64,000 nt of DNA from an uncultured Planctomycetia bacterium (GTDB taxonomy: Bacteria > Omnitrophota > Gorgyraeia > Tantalellales > Tantalellaceae), in the NCBI GenBank assembly GCA_964572255.1, contig CAZNEE010000002.1, positions 210,942 through 274,941 of the forward strand. Direction: 5' to 3'. Positions 30,543 to 39,723 of the stretch are shown here, piece after piece (position 1 is the stretch's first letter; the number at the start of each line of letters is the position of its first letter). A program made the position numbers and the translations under genes. The notes beneath the pieces were generated by a model. It searched no databases and was not told the origin of the DNA. It was given only the letters and a program-made list of their open reading frames with translations.

Positions 30543-31301
30543 CTAATCTCTGATTAAAACTCCATTATTTTTTAAATATTCTTTAACTTCACCTACGGAA
30601 ATTTCCCTGAAATGAAATATTGATGCCGCCAAGGCAGCATCCGCTTTGCATTTACTGAAAACCTCGGCAAAATGTTCTAACTTTCCGCAGCCTCCCGAAG
30701 CTATAAGAGGTACGCTTACCGCGTCACCAATAGCTTTCGTAAGACCGATATCATACCCGTCTTTAGTGCCGTCCCTATCCATGCTTGTAAGCAGTATTTC
30801 CCCGGCACCAAGCTCGACCACCTTGCGCGCCCATTCTACCGCGTCGATGCCCGTAGCTTCGCGTCCTCCTTTTATGTAAACTTCCCAGGAAGAATCATCT
30901 TTTTTCTTGGCGTCTATCGCCACGACAGTGCATTGTGATCCGAATCTTGAGCTGGCATCCCTGACAAATTCAGGATTCTGAACAGCCGCCGTGTTTATAG
31001 ACACTTTATCGCATCCCGCATTCAGGAGATTGCGTATATCTTCATTTGTCGATATGCCTCCGCCTACCGTGAATGGCATGAAAACTTCTTCCGCCACACG
31101 CTTCACAACATCTATCATGGTCTTGCGTTTTTCGTGGCTTGCGGTTATGTCGAGGAACACCAGTTCGTCAGCTTTTTCATCGTTGTAATATTTAGCATTC
31201 TCAACAGGGTCTCCCGCATCGCGAAGATCGACAAAATTGACGCCTTTCACCACGCGGCCGTCTTTTACGTCAAGGCACGGGATTATCCTTTTAGCCAGCA
31301 T
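30543..31301 (-). CDS. hisF: Imidazole glycerol phosphate synthase cyclase subunit
   Basis: [23 protein letters not shown]...; 252 aa. Confidence 0.95.
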   Translation of the reverse strand: MLAKRIIPCLDVKDGRVVKGVNFVDLRDAGDPVENAKYYNDEKADELVFLDITASHEKRKTMIDVVKRVAEEVFMPFTVGGGISTNEDIRNLLNAGCDKVSINTAAVQNPEFVRDASSRFGSQCTVVAIDAKKKDDSSWEVYIKGGREATGIDAVEWARKVVELGAGEILLTSMDRDGTKDGYDIGLTKAIGDAVSVPLIASGGCGKLEHFAEVFSKCKADAALAASIFHFREISVGEVKEYLKNNGVLIRD

Positions 31302-32010
31302 TTATGGCCTCCTTAAGATCGATAGTCCCGTCATAAAGCGCCCGGCCGATAATAACGCCGCTTAAACCGAGAGGCTCTATTTTTTTAAGTTCTTTTATGT
31401 GTTCGGTCGTTTTAACGCCGCCTGCTGAAATTATTTTCACGTTCACTTTTTCCAATATTTCTTTAAGCCCTTCTATATTCGGTCCGGAAAGCATGCCGTC
31501 TCTTGCTATGTCAGTAAAAATGATCTCTTTTGCGCCGAAAGAGGCGAATTTCTCCAGGATATAGAACATGTCAACATCAACGGTCTCTTTCCATCCATAA
31601 CGCAGGGGCTTATAATCCCTTGCGTCCAGACTTATAATGACCCTGTTCTTAAAATCCTGTATACAATCTCTTGCAAAATCGATATCCTCCAACGCTTTAG
31701 ATCCGATAACAACGCGCCAAATGCCCCTGTTGAGGGCGTTCTTCACATCGATCTCTTTACGAAAACCTCCGCCTAATTCAACCGGAATATTCACCGATTG
31801 GGCGATCTCTACCGCTTTATCCAGATTAACGGGACGGCCTTCCCTGGCTCCGTCAAGATCGACCACATGAATAAGTTCAGCGCCTTTTGATTCCCACTGT
31901 CTTGCCGCTTCCAAAGGCGTCACTTCATATGTCAGTTTACGATCGTATTTTCCCTGTTCCAAGCGAACGGTTTTACCTCCGATTATGTCTACAGCCGGTA
32001 TTATCTTCAT
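31291..32010 (-). CDS. hisA: 1-(5-phosphoribosyl)-5-[(5-phosphoribosylamino)methylideneamino]imidazole-4-carboxamide isomerase
   Basis: [23 protein letters not shown]...; 239 aa; overlaps hisF by 11 nt. Confidence 0.9.
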   Translation of the reverse strand: MKIIPAVDIIGGKTVRLEQGKYDRKLTYEVTPLEAARQWESKGAELIHVVDLDGAREGRPVNLDKAVEIAQSVNIPVELGGGFRKEIDVKNALNRGIWRVVIGSKALEDIDFARDCIQDFKNRVIISLDARDYKPLRYGWKETVDVDMFYILEKFASFGAKEIIFTDIARDGMLSGPNIEGLKEILEKVNVKIISAGGVKTTEHIKELKKIEPLGLSGVIIGRALYDGTIDLKEAINAG

Positions 32011-32615
32011 AATTTTGCAAAATTCTCCAAGATTTTTATTCCTTTTTCCTGCGACCTTTCAGGGTGGAACTGCACCGCAAAGATATTATCTTTCCATAAA
32101 GCGGATGTGTAAGACACCCCGTACTCGGTCACGCCTTCGGTAAATTTTTTTTCCTCATTCGCGCAGTAATACGAATGCACAAAATAAAAAAAACTTTCGT
32201 CCTCTATCCCCTTGAATATAGGACAATCTCTGCTTGCCAGTTTAACTGTGTTCCAGCCGATCTGGGGCACCTTCAGGCCCGCTTCTTTAGGGAAAAGCTT
32301 AACTTCGCCGGATATGATATCCAGACAATCACATCCGCCGCCTTCTTCGCTTCGCGTGAAAAGAAGCTGAAGCCCCAGGCAGATCCCTAAGAAATAAGTT
32401 CCATCGGAAAGCCTTTCAGTAAGGGGCTCAATAAGGCCCCTTTCCTCAAGCCCGTCTATCGCATCCTTGGATGACCCGACCCCCGGCAAGACTATCTTGT
32501 CGGCGCGAGAAAGTTTACGAGCACTGTCGCATATCTCGACTTTCTCCCCGATATAACGGAAAGCGTTGAACACGCTTCTTAGATTTCCTGAACCGTAATC
32601 TATTACCCCTATCAT
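32007..32615 (-). CDS. hisH: Imidazole glycerol phosphate synthase glutaminase subunit
   Basis: MIGVIDYGSGNLRSV...GICLGLQLL...FHPE triad-type GATase; 202 aa. Confidence 0.9.
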   Translation of the reverse strand: MIGVIDYGSGNLRSVFNAFRYIGEKVEICDSARKLSRADKIVLPGVGSSKDAIDGLEERGLIEPLTERLSDGTYFLGICLGLQLLFTRSEEGGGCDCLDIISGEVKLFPKEAGLKVPQIGWNTVKLASRDCPIFKGIEDESFFYFVHSYYCANEEKKFTEGVTEYGVSYTSALWKDNIFAVQFHPERSQEKGIKILENFAKL

Positions 32616-32641
32616 TTACCCAACCCTGTTATCTAATTGAC

Positions 32642-33274
32642 CTACATTATGCCCTTGCTTGAGGGGATCTGTCCGGCCCTGCGCGGATCGATCCGCGTAG
32701 CTTTATCAATAGCTATGCCAAGCGCTTTAAAGACCGCCTCAAGATAATGATGCATATCGCCTTCACCGCCGATATCGACGTGCAGGTTCATGCCAAGCTT
32801 TTTCGCGAAAGTCTCCAAAAGATCCTTGGCAAGCTCTATCGAGTATCCCTCTTCATCCTTTATGGCTTCTGCCCTGGTTCCTCTTTTATCCTCGAACCTG
32901 AATGCCGAACGGTTCGATATATCCACCAGAACCTTAGCTTTTGCCATATCCATGGTAACTTCCGCGGAAGCTATTCTCGTTATCCCGCGGCAATCGCCTA
33001 AAGCTTTAGCAAAAGCCTCGCCTAAAGCAATGCCTATATCTTCATTGAGGTGATGGTTATCAACGTGTGTATCTCCTTTAGCGTTCATCTTCAGATCAAA
33101 ATACCCATGATAAATGAAAAGCGTCAGCATGTGATCCAAAAAACCTATCGATGTAGAGATATCTGTCTCCCCCGTACCATCAATATTAAGCAGGGATATC
33201 TCTATTTGAGTTTCTTTAGATTTTCTTTCGTAATCCACACGTCTTTCTTTTAACTTTCCCCCAAATATGCCCAT
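32642..33274 (-). CDS. hisB: Imidazoleglycerol-phosphate dehydratase (monofunctional)
   Basis: ERKSKETQIEISLLNIDGTGETDISTSIGFLDHML...HHLNEDI...HH IGPD metal-binding signatures; 210 aa. Confidence 0.9.
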   Translation of the reverse strand: MGIFGGKLKERRVDYERKSKETQIEISLLNIDGTGETDISTSIGFLDHMLTLFIYHGYFDLKMNAKGDTHVDNHHLNEDIGIALGEAFAKALGDCRGITRIASAEVTMDMAKAKVLVDISNRSAFRFEDKRGTRAEAIKDEEGYSIELAKDLLETFAKKLGMNLHVDIGGEGDMHHYLEAVFKALGIAIDKATRIDPRRAGQIPSSKGIM

Positions 33275-33287
33275 AACTCCTCCTGTT

Positions 33288-34511
33288 CTATTCGCATCTT
33301 ACACTTACTGATTCCCAGTGTTTTTCTAGTCTCTCAAGCTCGGTAAGCTCTCTTATCCAGCCGCCCGAACCGTAAAGCGCTTTACGCGAATATGAAATTA
33401 TATGCGAGCTTTTAACAAAATCTCTCAAATTAAGCCCCGATGAATAACGAGCCGTTCCTCCAGTAGGAAGCACGTGACTGGGGCCGGCTACATAATCACC
33501 GATCGCGACCGGAGAATACTGCCCCAAAAATATCGCGCCTGCGTGCTTTATTTTTTTTAGAAGCCTTACCGGCCTTTTTACCATGAGCTGAAGGTGTTCC
33601 GGCGCTATTAGATTTGATACATCAGCTGCTTCATCCAGATTCTTCACTTTTATTATGTACCCTCTTATATCCGGATCGCTTTTAAGAGCATTGAAAACCT
33701 TCCTTGAAGGCGTTACCAGAACAGCTAAACCTTTGTGATGTTCGGCCTGCGCCTGAAGATCCTTCTTCAGGTAATCTATATTCGCATGCTGGTTCGCTAT
33801 TATCAGCACTTCGCTCGGACCGGCAAGCATATCAATATCACAATACCCGAATACCTGGCGTTTGGCTTCTGTAACATATTCATTCCCGGGGCCGACGATC
33901 TTATCGACTTTCGGGATCGTTTTAGTGCCGAAAGCCAAAGCTCCTATCGCCTGCGCGCCGCCCACTTTATATATTTCATCCACATTCAAAAGGTTAGCGA
34001 CGACAAGTATGTGCGGGTCTATGCTTTTATACTTATTCGGCGGTGAGACCAAAACAATTCTTTTCACTCCCGCTATTTTAGCCGGCAGGACCGTCATGTA
34101 AACGCTCGAGACCAAAGGCACGGTCCCGCTCGGGACATAAACACCGACATTTTCTATGGGTTCGAACTTCTCGCCAAGCTCGATACCCGATTCAACACGC
34201 ATGGTCCATGACTTAGGAAGCTGTTCCTTGTAAAATTTGTTGATATTGCGTATGATCTTTTTGAGCGTGTTGACGATCTCAGGTTTTATATCCTGATACG
34301 CTCCGCTTATCTCGGCTTCGGTAACCTTCAGATCTTTACGGGGCATTTCAACCTTATCAAACTTTTTTGTAAATCTTACAAGCGCGTCATCGCCTTCAGT
34401 GCGTACTTTTTCAAGAATATTAGCCACTTTTTTCTGCAAACGCAGCTTGCCCTGGTCGCTCCTGTTGACCAGATTGTTGAAAGCAGTGCTGCCGACTTTG
34501 ATCTGTTTCAT
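33288..34511 (-). CDS. hisD: Histidinol dehydrogenase
   Basis: [10 protein letters not shown]...[22 protein letters not shown] HisD signatures; 407 aa; its ATG overlaps the alaS stop by 4 nt. Confidence 0.9.
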   Translation of the reverse strand: MKQIKVGSTAFNNLVNRSDQGKLRLQKKVANILEKVRTEGDDALVRFTKKFDKVEMPRKDLKVTEAEISGAYQDIKPEIVNTLKKIIRNINKFYKEQLPKSWTMRVESGIELGEKFEPIENVGVYVPSGTVPLVSSVYMTVLPAKIAGVKRIVLVSPPNKYKSIDPHILVVANLLNVDEIYKVGGAQAIGALAFGTKTIPKVDKIVGPGNEYVTEAKRQVFGYCDIDMLAGPSEVLIIANQHANIDYLKKDLQAQAEHHKGLAVLVTPSRKVFNALKSDPDIRGYIIKVKNLDEAADVSNLIAPEHLQLMVKRPVRLLKKIKHAGAIFLGQYSPVAIGDYVAGPSHVLPTGGTARYSSGLNLRDFVKSSHIISYSRKALYGSGGWIRELTELERLEKHWESVSVRCE

Positions 34512-37261
34512 TTCTTTGCCATCCCTTCAATAACTTTTTTCGCTTCTTCTATAGCTCTTTGCAAACCCCTGGGGTTTTTCCCGCCGGCCTGGGCGAATTC
34601 CGGCCTTCCGCCGCCGCCGCCGTCTATCAGGCCCGCAATGTTATCAATGATCGCTTTCGCGCTCATGTCTTTATCTGTAAGATCCTTTGTCACGGCACAT
34701 ATAAGGGTTGCTTTGCCTTCTTTGCTGCCCCCGACTAAAATTATCCCGGAATCGGTTTTTTTCTCCAAGTAACCCGCGGTTTTTCTCAGCAATGCCACAT
34801 CCGCATCAGAGAATACATGCGAGACAAAATCTATCCCGCCGACAGAAATTTTATCTTCCAGGACTTTATCTATTATTTTTCTGAGCCCATCGAAAGCTCC
34901 CGCTTCTTTTTCTTTCTTCAGCTTCTTTATTTTTTTCTCCGCGAATTCTTTCGCCTCCAAAAAAGCCGGTACTATTTTATCTTCAAACTCATCCATGATA
35001 TCCTTGCTTATTTCAGCTTTCCCCTCTGCGATATCACCGGCCGTCTTTACCGCATTTGCTAAACCGGGCACTTCTTTCTCCACTTCCACTGACCCTCTAA
35101 GCTTCTTAACTAACGCTTCATATCCATTAAGATGCTCCTGCGCGGTCCTTTTGAGCCACGCTTCCACTTCATCTCCGGTCAAAGCGTCTATACGCCTTAT
35201 CCCGCTTGCAACGGCACTTTCGTTTATGATCTTCATGAGCTTTATATCCCCGGTATTGTCCACGTGTGTACCGCCGCAAAGCTCCTTCGATTCTTCGCCC
35301 ACAGAAACAACTCTTACCTTTTCTCCATACTTTTCACCGAAAAAGGACAGCGCGCCTTCCTCTTGCGCTTCTTCAAGAGTTTTTACCTCTTTATATACAG
35401 GAATGCTTTCCTTTATCCATTCATTCACTATATCCTGGACTTTTCTTATTTCCCTATCAGATAGCTTTTTCATGTGCGTAAAATCAAATCTCAACCGTTT
35501 GCTGTCCACCAAAGACCCGGACTGTTTTACATGATCCCCCAGCACCTGCCTGAGAGCCGCCTGCAAAAGATGTGTAGCGGTATGATTCTTCGCGGTCCTG
35601 TGTTTTCTGCTCTCATCGATCTTGAGTGTAACGGTATCATCTATGCTGAAACTTCCGGACTTTACGATAACTTCCAAAACTTTTTTATTCTCAGTAAGAT
35701 ACGTGTTCAGAACATGCATCTTCGCGTTTTCCTTAACAACGTGCCCCGTATCACCTACCTGGCCGCCGGCTTCGGCATAAAACCACGTGCTTTGCGGCGA
35801 AGTTATGATCTCGGCCCTGTCTCCCTCACTTATTTCATCTACTTTCTCGCCGTCTTTTAAAATAAACGCAATACTCGCTTTAAGAGGGATATCTTCTGAA
35901 AACTCAGGCTCCGGCGCGCCCACAAAAGCGTCCGGCTGGAAAATAAAATCACCGGTTATATCGCTGCCTTTGCGTGACTGGTCCTTTCTTTGTTCCATTA
36001 ACTCTTCAAATCCTTTTAAATCTACATCTAATCCCATAGTTGTAGTAGTTACGTCAATAACCTCAACTGGCAATCCATAAGTATCTACTAACAAAAATGC
36101 ATCTTCTGCAAACAATACTTTTCCTTTACTCTTTTTTAATTTTTCTAACATATCTTCAAGAATAGGCATCGCCGAAGCAAGCGTATCATTAAACCTTTTT
36201 TCCTCTTCTTCTATGATCGCGCATATGTGCTCCCGTTTCTCAAAAAGTTCAGGATACACATCTTTGAACATCTCCGTCACTACCGGCACCAAATTAAAAA
36301 GGAAGGGTTCGGTACTTCCGCTTTTTAAATACGCGCGCCTGATAAGTTTTCTGACGACATATCCCCTTCTTTCATTTGAAGGCGAAACTCCGTCAGCTAT
36401 CGCGAACGCGGCCGCGCGAACATGATCGGCGATCAGAAATATATCTTCACGCGGAACTCCGCTCTTTCTCTTGCCCAGGCCTTCTTCTATTTTTTTAATG
36501 AGCGGCACGAAAAGATCCGTTTCAAAATTCGTTTTAACCCCCTGTATAACAGATACCATGCGTTCAAGCCCCATGCCCGTATCAATATTTTTATTCGGCA
36601 AAGCCTCAAGCGTGCCGTCCGGTTTTCTTTCAAACTCCGTGAAAACAAGGTTCCATACCTCGACGAACCTGCCGCAATCACACGAGGGATCGCAAGTTTT
36701 CTTGCCGCAGCCTACGCCCTCTCCCCAATCGTAGAATATTTCCGAACATGGCCCGCAAGGCCCGTTAGGGCCCTTTGTCGGCGCATCCGCCGGCCAGAAG
36801 TTATCATGTTCCCCAAGCTTGATTATTTTTTCTTCCGGCACTTTCACCTCATCGCGCCATATAGCGTAAGCTTCATCGTCACCCTTATACACGGATATCC
36901 ATAAGCGCTCCTCGGGTATCCCCATTACTTCGGTCATGAATTCCCATGCCCATTTAATGGCTTCACTCTTGAAATAATCTCCGAACGAAAAATTGCCCAA
37001 CATTTCAAAGAACGTGTGATGCCTGGGGGTCTTGCCGACATTCTCAAGATCCCCCGTCCTCAGACACTTCTGGGATGAGGCTGCGCGTTTAAAAGTGATG
37101 TTCCTGCCCATGAACTGTTCCTTGAACTGATTCATCCCCGCTCCGGTAAAAAGAAGCGTGGGGTCATTTCTGGGGACAAGCAGGTCACTGGCAACAACCT
37201 TGTGCCCTTTTTCCTCGAAGAAATCAAGGTACTTTTTTCTTATCTCTTTCGATGTCATCAT
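34508..37261 (-). CDS. alaS: Alanine--tRNA ligase
   Basis: Class II AlaRS catalytic core (FTGAGMNQFKEQF, SLLVPRNDPTLLFTG...), editing-domain HxxxH/CxxxH (HTATHLL...CGGTH) and C-terminal DHHA1-like region; 917 aa. Confidence 0.95.
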   Translation of the reverse strand: MMTSKEIRKKYLDFFEEKGHKVVASDLLVPRNDPTLLFTGAGMNQFKEQFMGRNITFKRAASSQKCLRTGDLENVGKTPRHHTFFEMLGNFSFGDYFKSEAIKWAWEFMTEVMGIPEERLWISVYKGDDEAYAIWRDEVKVPEEKIIKLGEHDNFWPADAPTKGPNGPCGPCSEIFYDWGEGVGCGKKTCDPSCDCGRFVEVWNLVFTEFERKPDGTLEALPNKNIDTGMGLERMVSVIQGVKTNFETDLFVPLIKKIEEGLGKRKSGVPREDIFLIADHVRAAAFAIADGVSPSNERRGYVVRKLIRRAYLKSGSTEPFLFNLVPVVTEMFKDVYPELFEKREHICAIIEEEEKRFNDTLASAMPILEDMLEKLKKSKGKVLFAEDAFLLVDTYGLPVEVIDVTTTTMGLDVDLKGFEELMEQRKDQSRKGSDITGDFIFQPDAFVGAPEPEFSEDIPLKASIAFILKDGEKVDEISEGDRAEIITSPQSTWFYAEAGGQVGDTGHVVKENAKMHVLNTYLTENKKVLEVIVKSGSFSIDDTVTLKIDESRKHRTAKNHTATHLLQAALRQVLGDHVKQSGSLVDSKRLRFDFTHMKKLSDREIRKVQDIVNEWIKESIPVYKEVKTLEEAQEEGALSFFGEKYGEKVRVVSVGEESKELCGGTHVDNTGDIKLMKIINESAVASGIRRIDALTGDEVEAWLKRTAQEHLNGYEALVKKLRGSVEVEKEVPGLANAVKTAGDIAEGKAEISKDIMDEFEDKIVPAFLEAKEFAEKKIKKLKKEKEAGAFDGLRKIIDKVLEDKISVGGIDFVSHVFSDADVALLRKTAGYLEKKTDSGIILVGGSKEGKATLICAVTKDLTDKDMSAKAIIDNIAGLIDGGGGGRPEFAQAGGKNPRGLQRAIEEAKKVIEGMAKK

Positions 37262-37290
37262 GTATTGATTGGCTTTCTAAAGGACGCCTC

Positions 37291-38343
37291 TCACTTAACT
37301 TCTTTCAGCGCCTTTTTGACATCACTTTCTATCCGATTAAGGACTTTTGGGTTTTCCTTAAGATAAACCCTTGCGTTTTCTCTGCCCTGGCCTATCCTCT
37401 CCTCTCCATAGGAAAGCCATGTCCCGCTCTTCGTAATGATACCGGTCTGTTCGGCCATATCCAAAATACTGGAAGAACGTGAAATGCCTTCGTCGAACAT
37501 GATATCAAATTCAGCCTGTTTGAACGGAGGGGCTAACTTGTTCTTAACAACTTTTGCTTTTACACGGTTACCGACAACAGTTTCGCCTTTTTTAAGTGAA
37601 GCTATCCTGCGAAGGTCTATCCTGACAGATGAATAAAATTTAAGAGCTCTTCCCCCGGTTGTGGTTTCAGGATTTCCGAACATCACGCCTATCTTCATTC
37701 TTATCTGGTTGATGAATATCACGCATGTTCTTGATTTACTGATCACCGCAGTTAGTTTCCTAAGCGCCTGGCTCATGAGACGTGCCTGAAGACCGACATG
37801 GGAATCTCCCATCTCGCCTTCGATCTCTTTTCTCGGAGTAAGCGCCGCAACAGAATCTATGACTATGACATCAACAGCGTTACTCCTGACAAGAGTTTCG
37901 GCTATCTCAAGCGCCTGTTCACCGTTATCAGGCTGTGATATGAGAAGCTCATCCAGATTCACGCCTATCTTTTTAGCATATGCCGGATCGAACGCGTGTT
38001 CCGCATCGATAAACGCAGCTACTCCTCCGGTTTTCTGCGCATTTGAAAGTACATTCAATGTAAGAGTGGTTTTACCGCTTGATTCCGGGCCGAATATCTC
38101 GATTACTCTTCCGCGAGGAATGCCATTTGTTCCAAGTGCTATATCGAGAGCAAGTGAACCTGTCGAAATAGCGTCGACATGTACCTTGTGATCCTCGCCC
38201 ATTTTCATTATTGCGCCTTCACCGAAATCCTTTTCTATCTTGCTTAACGCAACTTCCAGGGCTTTTCTTTTGCCTGTATCTTTTACCTCTGATCTTTCCT
38301 TAGTTTGTCCGCCTTGAGACTTTGTTTTTTCTTTTTTAGCCAT
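37291..38343 (-). CDS. recA: Recombinase A
   Basis: Walker [12 protein letters not shown]1/L2 loops and the typical RecA N-terminus ([18 protein letters not shown]); 350 aa. GGAGGG Shine-Dalgarno 8 nt upstream of the ATG. Confidence 0.95.
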   Translation of the reverse strand: MAKKEKTKSQGGQTKERSEVKDTGKRKALEVALSKIEKDFGEGAIMKMGEDHKVHVDAISTGSLALDIALGTNGIPRGRVIEIFGPESSGKTTLTLNVLSNAQKTGGVAAFIDAEHAFDPAYAKKIGVNLDELLISQPDNGEQALEIAETLVRSNAVDVIVIDSVAALTPRKEIEGEMGDSHVGLQARLMSQALRKLTAVISKSRTCVIFINQIRMKIGVMFGNPETTTGGRALKFYSSVRIDLRRIASLKKGETVVGNRVKAKVVKNKLAPPFKQAEFDIMFDEGISRSSSILDMAEQTGIITKSGTWLSYGEERIGQGRENARVYLKENPKVLNRIESDVKKALKEVK

Positions 38344-38384
38344 TTTAACCCTCCATTGTTGGTTTTTTGTAATTGATTGCCTTT

Positions 38385-38412
38385 ATTATACAGATATATA
38401 TATATTTTGCAA
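38385..38412 (-). promoter_or_regulatory. Near-consensus sigma70-type promoter for recA (-35 TTGCAA, 16-nt spacer, -10 TATAAT)
   Basis: On the minus strand: TTGCAAaatatatatatatctgTATAATaaaggcaatcaattacaaaaaaccaacaatGGAGGGttaaaATG. The -10 is a perfect TATAAT at the right distance from the ATG (~45 nt leader) and sits in a very AT-rich block. Confidence 0.5.
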
Positions 38413-38446
38413 ACTAAATAATATTAATATGTATCTACCCATAGTC

Positions 38447-38523
38447 AGACGTACAGTATATTTCCTACCAGGGCCCCTCCGCCCGGTGTGGATCCTCCCT
38501 GTACGGAAGCATACTGTACGTCT
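38447..38523. promoter_or_regulatory. Long inverted repeat upstream of the recA promoter: 13-bp perfect arms AGACGTACAGTAT / ATACTGTACGTCT separated by a 51-nt GC-rich spacer that itself contains CAGGG...CCCTG complementarity
   Basis: Seen directly in the sequence. It lies ~35-110 nt upstream of the -35 hexamer, in the thpR-recA intergenic region, and is not followed by a U-tract on the transcribed strand. Confidence 0.4.
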
Positions 38524-38604
38524 AAATATAGGATCGAACATCTTCATCTATAAATATATAGACAAAATTCTTGTGAAGTTTCTTGCATGCGAAATGAAAA
38601 TAAA

Positions 38605-39186
38605 TCAACCAGTGAGATCGTGACTTGCAAGAGGGGTGTAAATTGCGCCTTCCGGGGTAAGTTTAGATTGAAAGAGGATAATCTTGGATATGTGGCTTTT
38701 TGCGGGTTTTACATCCAGAGAATGCGCTTCTTTTTCTAAATGTTCCTTATTTTTAAGAGAACGTACTCTTCCCACCGTGAGGTGCGCTTTAAAATCACGT
38801 TTTTCCTTCTCGAATCCTTCTTCCTCCATTTCATCTTCGATCCGTTTGGAGAGAGCTTTCACTTTATCCGTATAACCGCCGGTGCCTACCCAGACCACCC
38901 TTGGCCTCGTCCATCCAGGGAAAACCCCTATCCTCTCAAGATTGATATCGAACGGCGAGATCCCTTCAGCGATTTTTTCTATTCTTTTTGAGATAGGATC
39001 GATTTGCTCTTCTCTTATATAACCCAGAAACTTCAAGGTAAGATGAATGGATTCGGGCCTGACCCACTTAACATTGGCATCGGATCTTTTAAGCTCTTTT
39101 ATGATGCGCGCGAGTTCCTCTCTCGCTTCATCGGAAAGATCAAGCGCTATAAAGGAACGTATCTTTGTCTTGTTTTCTTCAGGCAT
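38605..39186 (-). CDS. thpR: RNA 2',3'-cyclic phosphodiesterase (LigT/ThpR, 2H phosphoesterase superfamily)
   Basis: Two H-x-T/S-x motifs (HLTLKFLG and HLTVGRV) at the spacing typical of 2H enzymes; 193 aa; its start overlaps the cinA stop by 8 nt. Confidence 0.8.
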   Translation of the reverse strand: MPEENKTKIRSFIALDLSDEAREELARIIKELKRSDANVKWVRPESIHLTLKFLGYIREEQIDPISKRIEKIAEGISPFDINLERIGVFPGWTRPRVVWVGTGGYTDKVKALSKRIEDEMEEEGFEKEKRDFKAHLTVGRVRSLKNKEHLEKEAHSLDVKPAKSHISKIILFQSKLTPEGAIYTPLASHDLTG

Positions 39187-39604
39187 TTTCTTCGATCAGT
39201 TTTAATAACGCGACCGCGAACTTTTCTTTTATTTCGAGGCGAGTCCCTTTAAAAAGGACCTTTTTGGTTTTAACTTTTCGGGATGTCGCAACGGCCATAT
39301 ATGCGAGACCTACAGGTTTTTCTTTTGTCCCGCCTTTAGGCCCGGCTATCCCGGTAATGGCAGCGCCCACATCCGAGGCGAGCACTTCCCTTATACCTTT
39401 AGCCATCTCTTGAGCTGCCTGTCGGCTTACAGCACCGTGTTTTTTTATGGTTTCCTTAGATACGCCGAGCATAGACACCTTAATATCGTTGGAATAAGCG
39501 ACTATTCCGCCTTTAAAGTATTTGGAACTTCCGGAAACGTTCGTTATCAAGCTTGAAACAAGCCCGCCCGTACAAGATTCTGCGATCGCTAATGTCTCTT
39601 TCAT
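39179..39604 (-). CDS. cinA: CinA-family C-terminal domain protein (nicotinamide-nucleotide amidohydrolase PncC-like)
   Basis: MKETLAIAESCTGGLVSSLITNVSGSSKYFKGGIVAYSNDIKVSMLGV...GIAGP CinA C-terminal domain signature. The Met at 39604 is preferred over the track start at 39718, because the N-terminal extension (MPPWGPGTHFACRGPAPF...) would read through a GC-rich hairpin and is not CinA-like. Confidence 0.8.
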   Translation of the reverse strand: MKETLAIAESCTGGLVSSLITNVSGSSKYFKGGIVAYSNDIKVSMLGVSKETIKKHGAVSRQAAQEMAKGIREVLASDVGAAITGIAGPKGGTKEKPVGLAYMAVATSRKVKTKKVLFKGTRLEIKEKFAVALLKLIEENA

Positions 39605-39611
39605 GAAAAGT

Positions 39612-39640
39612 ATTATACCTAAAAAGAGCAGGTTTGGGAA
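39612..39640 (-). promoter_or_regulatory. Candidate promoter for cinA-thpR (TTCCCA -17 nt- TATAAT) placed only 7 nt upstream of the cinA ATG, implying a leaderless or near-leaderless transcript
   Basis: Minus strand reads TTCCCAaacctgctctttttaggTATAATacttttcATGaaagag, with no Shine-Dalgarno between the -10 box and the ATG. Confidence 0.3.
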
Positions 39641-39675
39641 TAATTTTAGAAACGGTACTATCTTAAACGGTGCAG

Positions 39676-39707
39676 GGCCCCGGCACGCAAAATGCGTACC
39701 GGGGCCC
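39676..39707 (-). terminator. GC-rich hairpin (13-bp stem GGGCCCCGGCACGC / GCGTACCGGGGCCC, 5-nt loop, one mismatch) immediately downstream of the 2704-aa giant gene
   Basis: It starts ~17 nt after the giant-gene stop codon. The downstream U-tract on the transcript is weak (GUUUAAG), so it is a terminator or mRNA-stabilising stem; it is the only strong structure between the giant genes and cinA. Confidence 0.4.
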
Positions 39708-39723
39708 CAAGGAGGCATTTCTA

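Noticed and set aside
38344-38604. Canonical LexA/SOS box upstream of recA
   Set aside because: No CTGT-N8-ACAG, CGAAC-N4-GTTCG or GTAC-N4-GTAC palindrome is present. Only the larger 13-bp inverted repeat was found, which is reported as unexplained rather than called an SOS box.
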